64,000 bases of DNA from positions 288,001-352,000 of the forward strand of contig OZ223302.1 of the NCBI GenBank assembly GCA_965140705.1. Reading direction: 5' to 3'. Shown piece after piece: positions 62,593 to 64,000 of the stretch. The notes under the pieces were generated by a model. It was not told where the DNA came from and ran no database searches. It saw only the letters and a list, made by a program, of their open reading frames with translations. This stretch comes from an uncultured Arcobacter sp. (lineage in GTDB: Bacteria; Campylobacterota; Campylobacteria; Campylobacterales; Arcobacteraceae). The stretch's first letter is position 1. The number at the start of each line of letters is the position of its first letter. Both the position numbers and the translations under genes were made by a program.

Positions 62593-64000
62593 TTATATTT
62601 TTGTTTTTACTGTTATTTTTTTTATATCAAATAACTCTTTTGCTTTATTTACCATAGAAGAGTTTAATAACTCTTCCATTTGAAGCTCCTTTTGTGAAGG
62701 TTTTGGATCAACTGTATCATGCATACTTCCAACACAACCAGCTCCCATTTCCACATCTTCTACCATTGAGCTTATTTCTTCTTGTTCTTCCTCATTTTCG
62801 TAGTCTAAATTAACATCTTCTTCACTTATGTCATTTGTAGTTGTTTCTACTTTTTCTGGAATTACATCATTTTTTTTTTGCTCTTGAATCTCACCTTTTT
62901 TAAATTCTAAATCAATATTTACACCAAAAACATCTTTTGCAAAGGTTTTAATAATACCAAAATATTTATATAAGAATTTTCTATCCTCATCTTGGGCATA
63001 AGATATTATATTTAAAATGTTGTTTTCAAAACTTTCAAAAATAAAGTTTTTTTCAAAACACTCTCCCAAGTCATGATTTCTCTCATAAACTTTTTTGGTA
63101 AGTTCACCATATAACTCAATATTTGGGTCTACTACTTCTTGAGGCTTTTCAACTTCTACTTGCACTTCTTCTTCAATAGCTTGTACATTTTGCTCTTGGG
63201 GAGTTTCTAAAACCTCTTTTTCTACTGGTATTTGTGTTTGAGTATTTGGTAATTCTTCTTTTGCATGTTCTACTACTACTTTTTCATTAATAGCACTTGT
63301 CATTTTATTTGCACTTGACTGAGATACTGACTCTTTTATAGGAGAAGATTGTACCTCATCAATAATTTCATCCAATGTTTTTAAATTTGTAGCTTCACTC
63401 ATTTTTGAAAGTGTTAAAATTAATACAAATGTTGGATCAGAGTTTATTGATAAAAGATGTTTAGCATCACCTAAGATTCTAAAAAATCTATCATACAAAA
63501 AGATATTAAATTTTGGGTCTTTCCCATATAACATCTTATTTTTTAAATAAATTGTCATCTCATCGCAAACAGAACCAGCTTCATACTCTTCAAGTACTTC
63601 TATTATAGGAGTTATATCTCCACAAGATAAAACCACATCAAAAAGTTTATCTAAAAACTCTGGATCAATGAGTCCTAACATATCAACAACAGCATTTGTT
63701 GTCACTTTTCCTTTAGCAAAAATAATTGCTTGGTCCAATAAAGTAAGTGTATCTCTTAAACTTCCTTGTCCACTTCTTGAAACGATTTCTAAAGCTTCTG
63801 TTTCAAACTCTATTTGTTCTTCATTTAAAATATGAGTTAAGTGATTCATTACATCTTTTTGAGATATTTTTTTAAATCTAAAGTGTTGAGTTCTACTTAA
63901 AATTGTTGCAGGTAGTTTTAAAGGATCAGTTGTAGCTAAAATAAATTTTACAAATCCTGGAGGTTCTTCAAGTGTTTTTAAAAGGGCATTAAAGGCTTGA
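62593..64000 (-). CDS. dnaX: DNA polymerase III gamma/tau subunit (5' part outside window)
   Basis: Frame continues upstream of the track start: AFNALLKTLEEPP..ATTDPLKLPATILSRTQHFRF; GSLRDTLTLLDQ. Confidence 0.95.
   Translation of the reverse strand, partial: QAFNALLKTLEEPPGFVKFILATTDPLKLPATILSRTQHFRFKKISQKDVMNHLTHILNEEQIEFETEALEIVSRSGQGSLRDTLTLLDQAIIFAKGKVTTNAVVDMLGLIDPEFLDKLFDVVLSCGDITPIIEVLEEYEAGSVCDEMTIYLKNKMLYGKDPKFNIFLYDRFFRILGDAKHLLSINSDPTFVLILTLSKMSEATNLKTLDEIIDEVQSSPIKESVSQSSANKMTSAINEKVVVEHAKEELPNTQTQIPVEKEVLETPQEQNVQAIEEEVQVEVEKPQEVVDPNIELYGELTKKVYERNHDLGECFEKNFIFESFENNILNIISYAQDEDRKFLYKYFGIIKTFAKDVFGVNIDLEFKKGEIQEQKKNDVIPEKVETTTNDISEEDVNLDYENEEEQEEISSMVEDVEMGAGCVGSMHDTVDPKPSQKELQMEELLNSSMVNKAKELFDIKKITVKTKI

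Overview
AT-rich chromosomal window that looks like Campylobacterota (Arcobacter-like, judged from gene content and the frdB-dynamin synteny). In order: the end of frdB, a dynamin-like pair, an 8-tRNA operon, then a ~6.3 kb block marked by repeated Fur boxes. That block carries a ferrosome (fez)-like cluster built around a P1B-6 ATPase, plus flavodoxin and three small ORFs missing from the supplied track. Next come sucCD-phyH-tex, thyA/folA, a polar amino-acid ABC system, an allophanate hydrolase with a peptide-type ABC importer and a two-component system, and recQ. An orphan ORF is followed by a ~545 bp non-coding element made of two back-to-back copies that differ in sequence but keep the same fold. 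The rest holds tandem BASS and DMT transporters with a TetR operator pair, the prpB-prpC-acnD-prpF operon, ung, hemC, a Dsb-like protein and the 3' part of dnaX, which has a candidate slippage/frameshift site. Best leads: the twin structured element (42537-43080), the ferrosome-like cluster (6834-11986) and the dnaX A10-TGA recoding site. All calls come from reading the sequence and recognising motifs; no searches were run.
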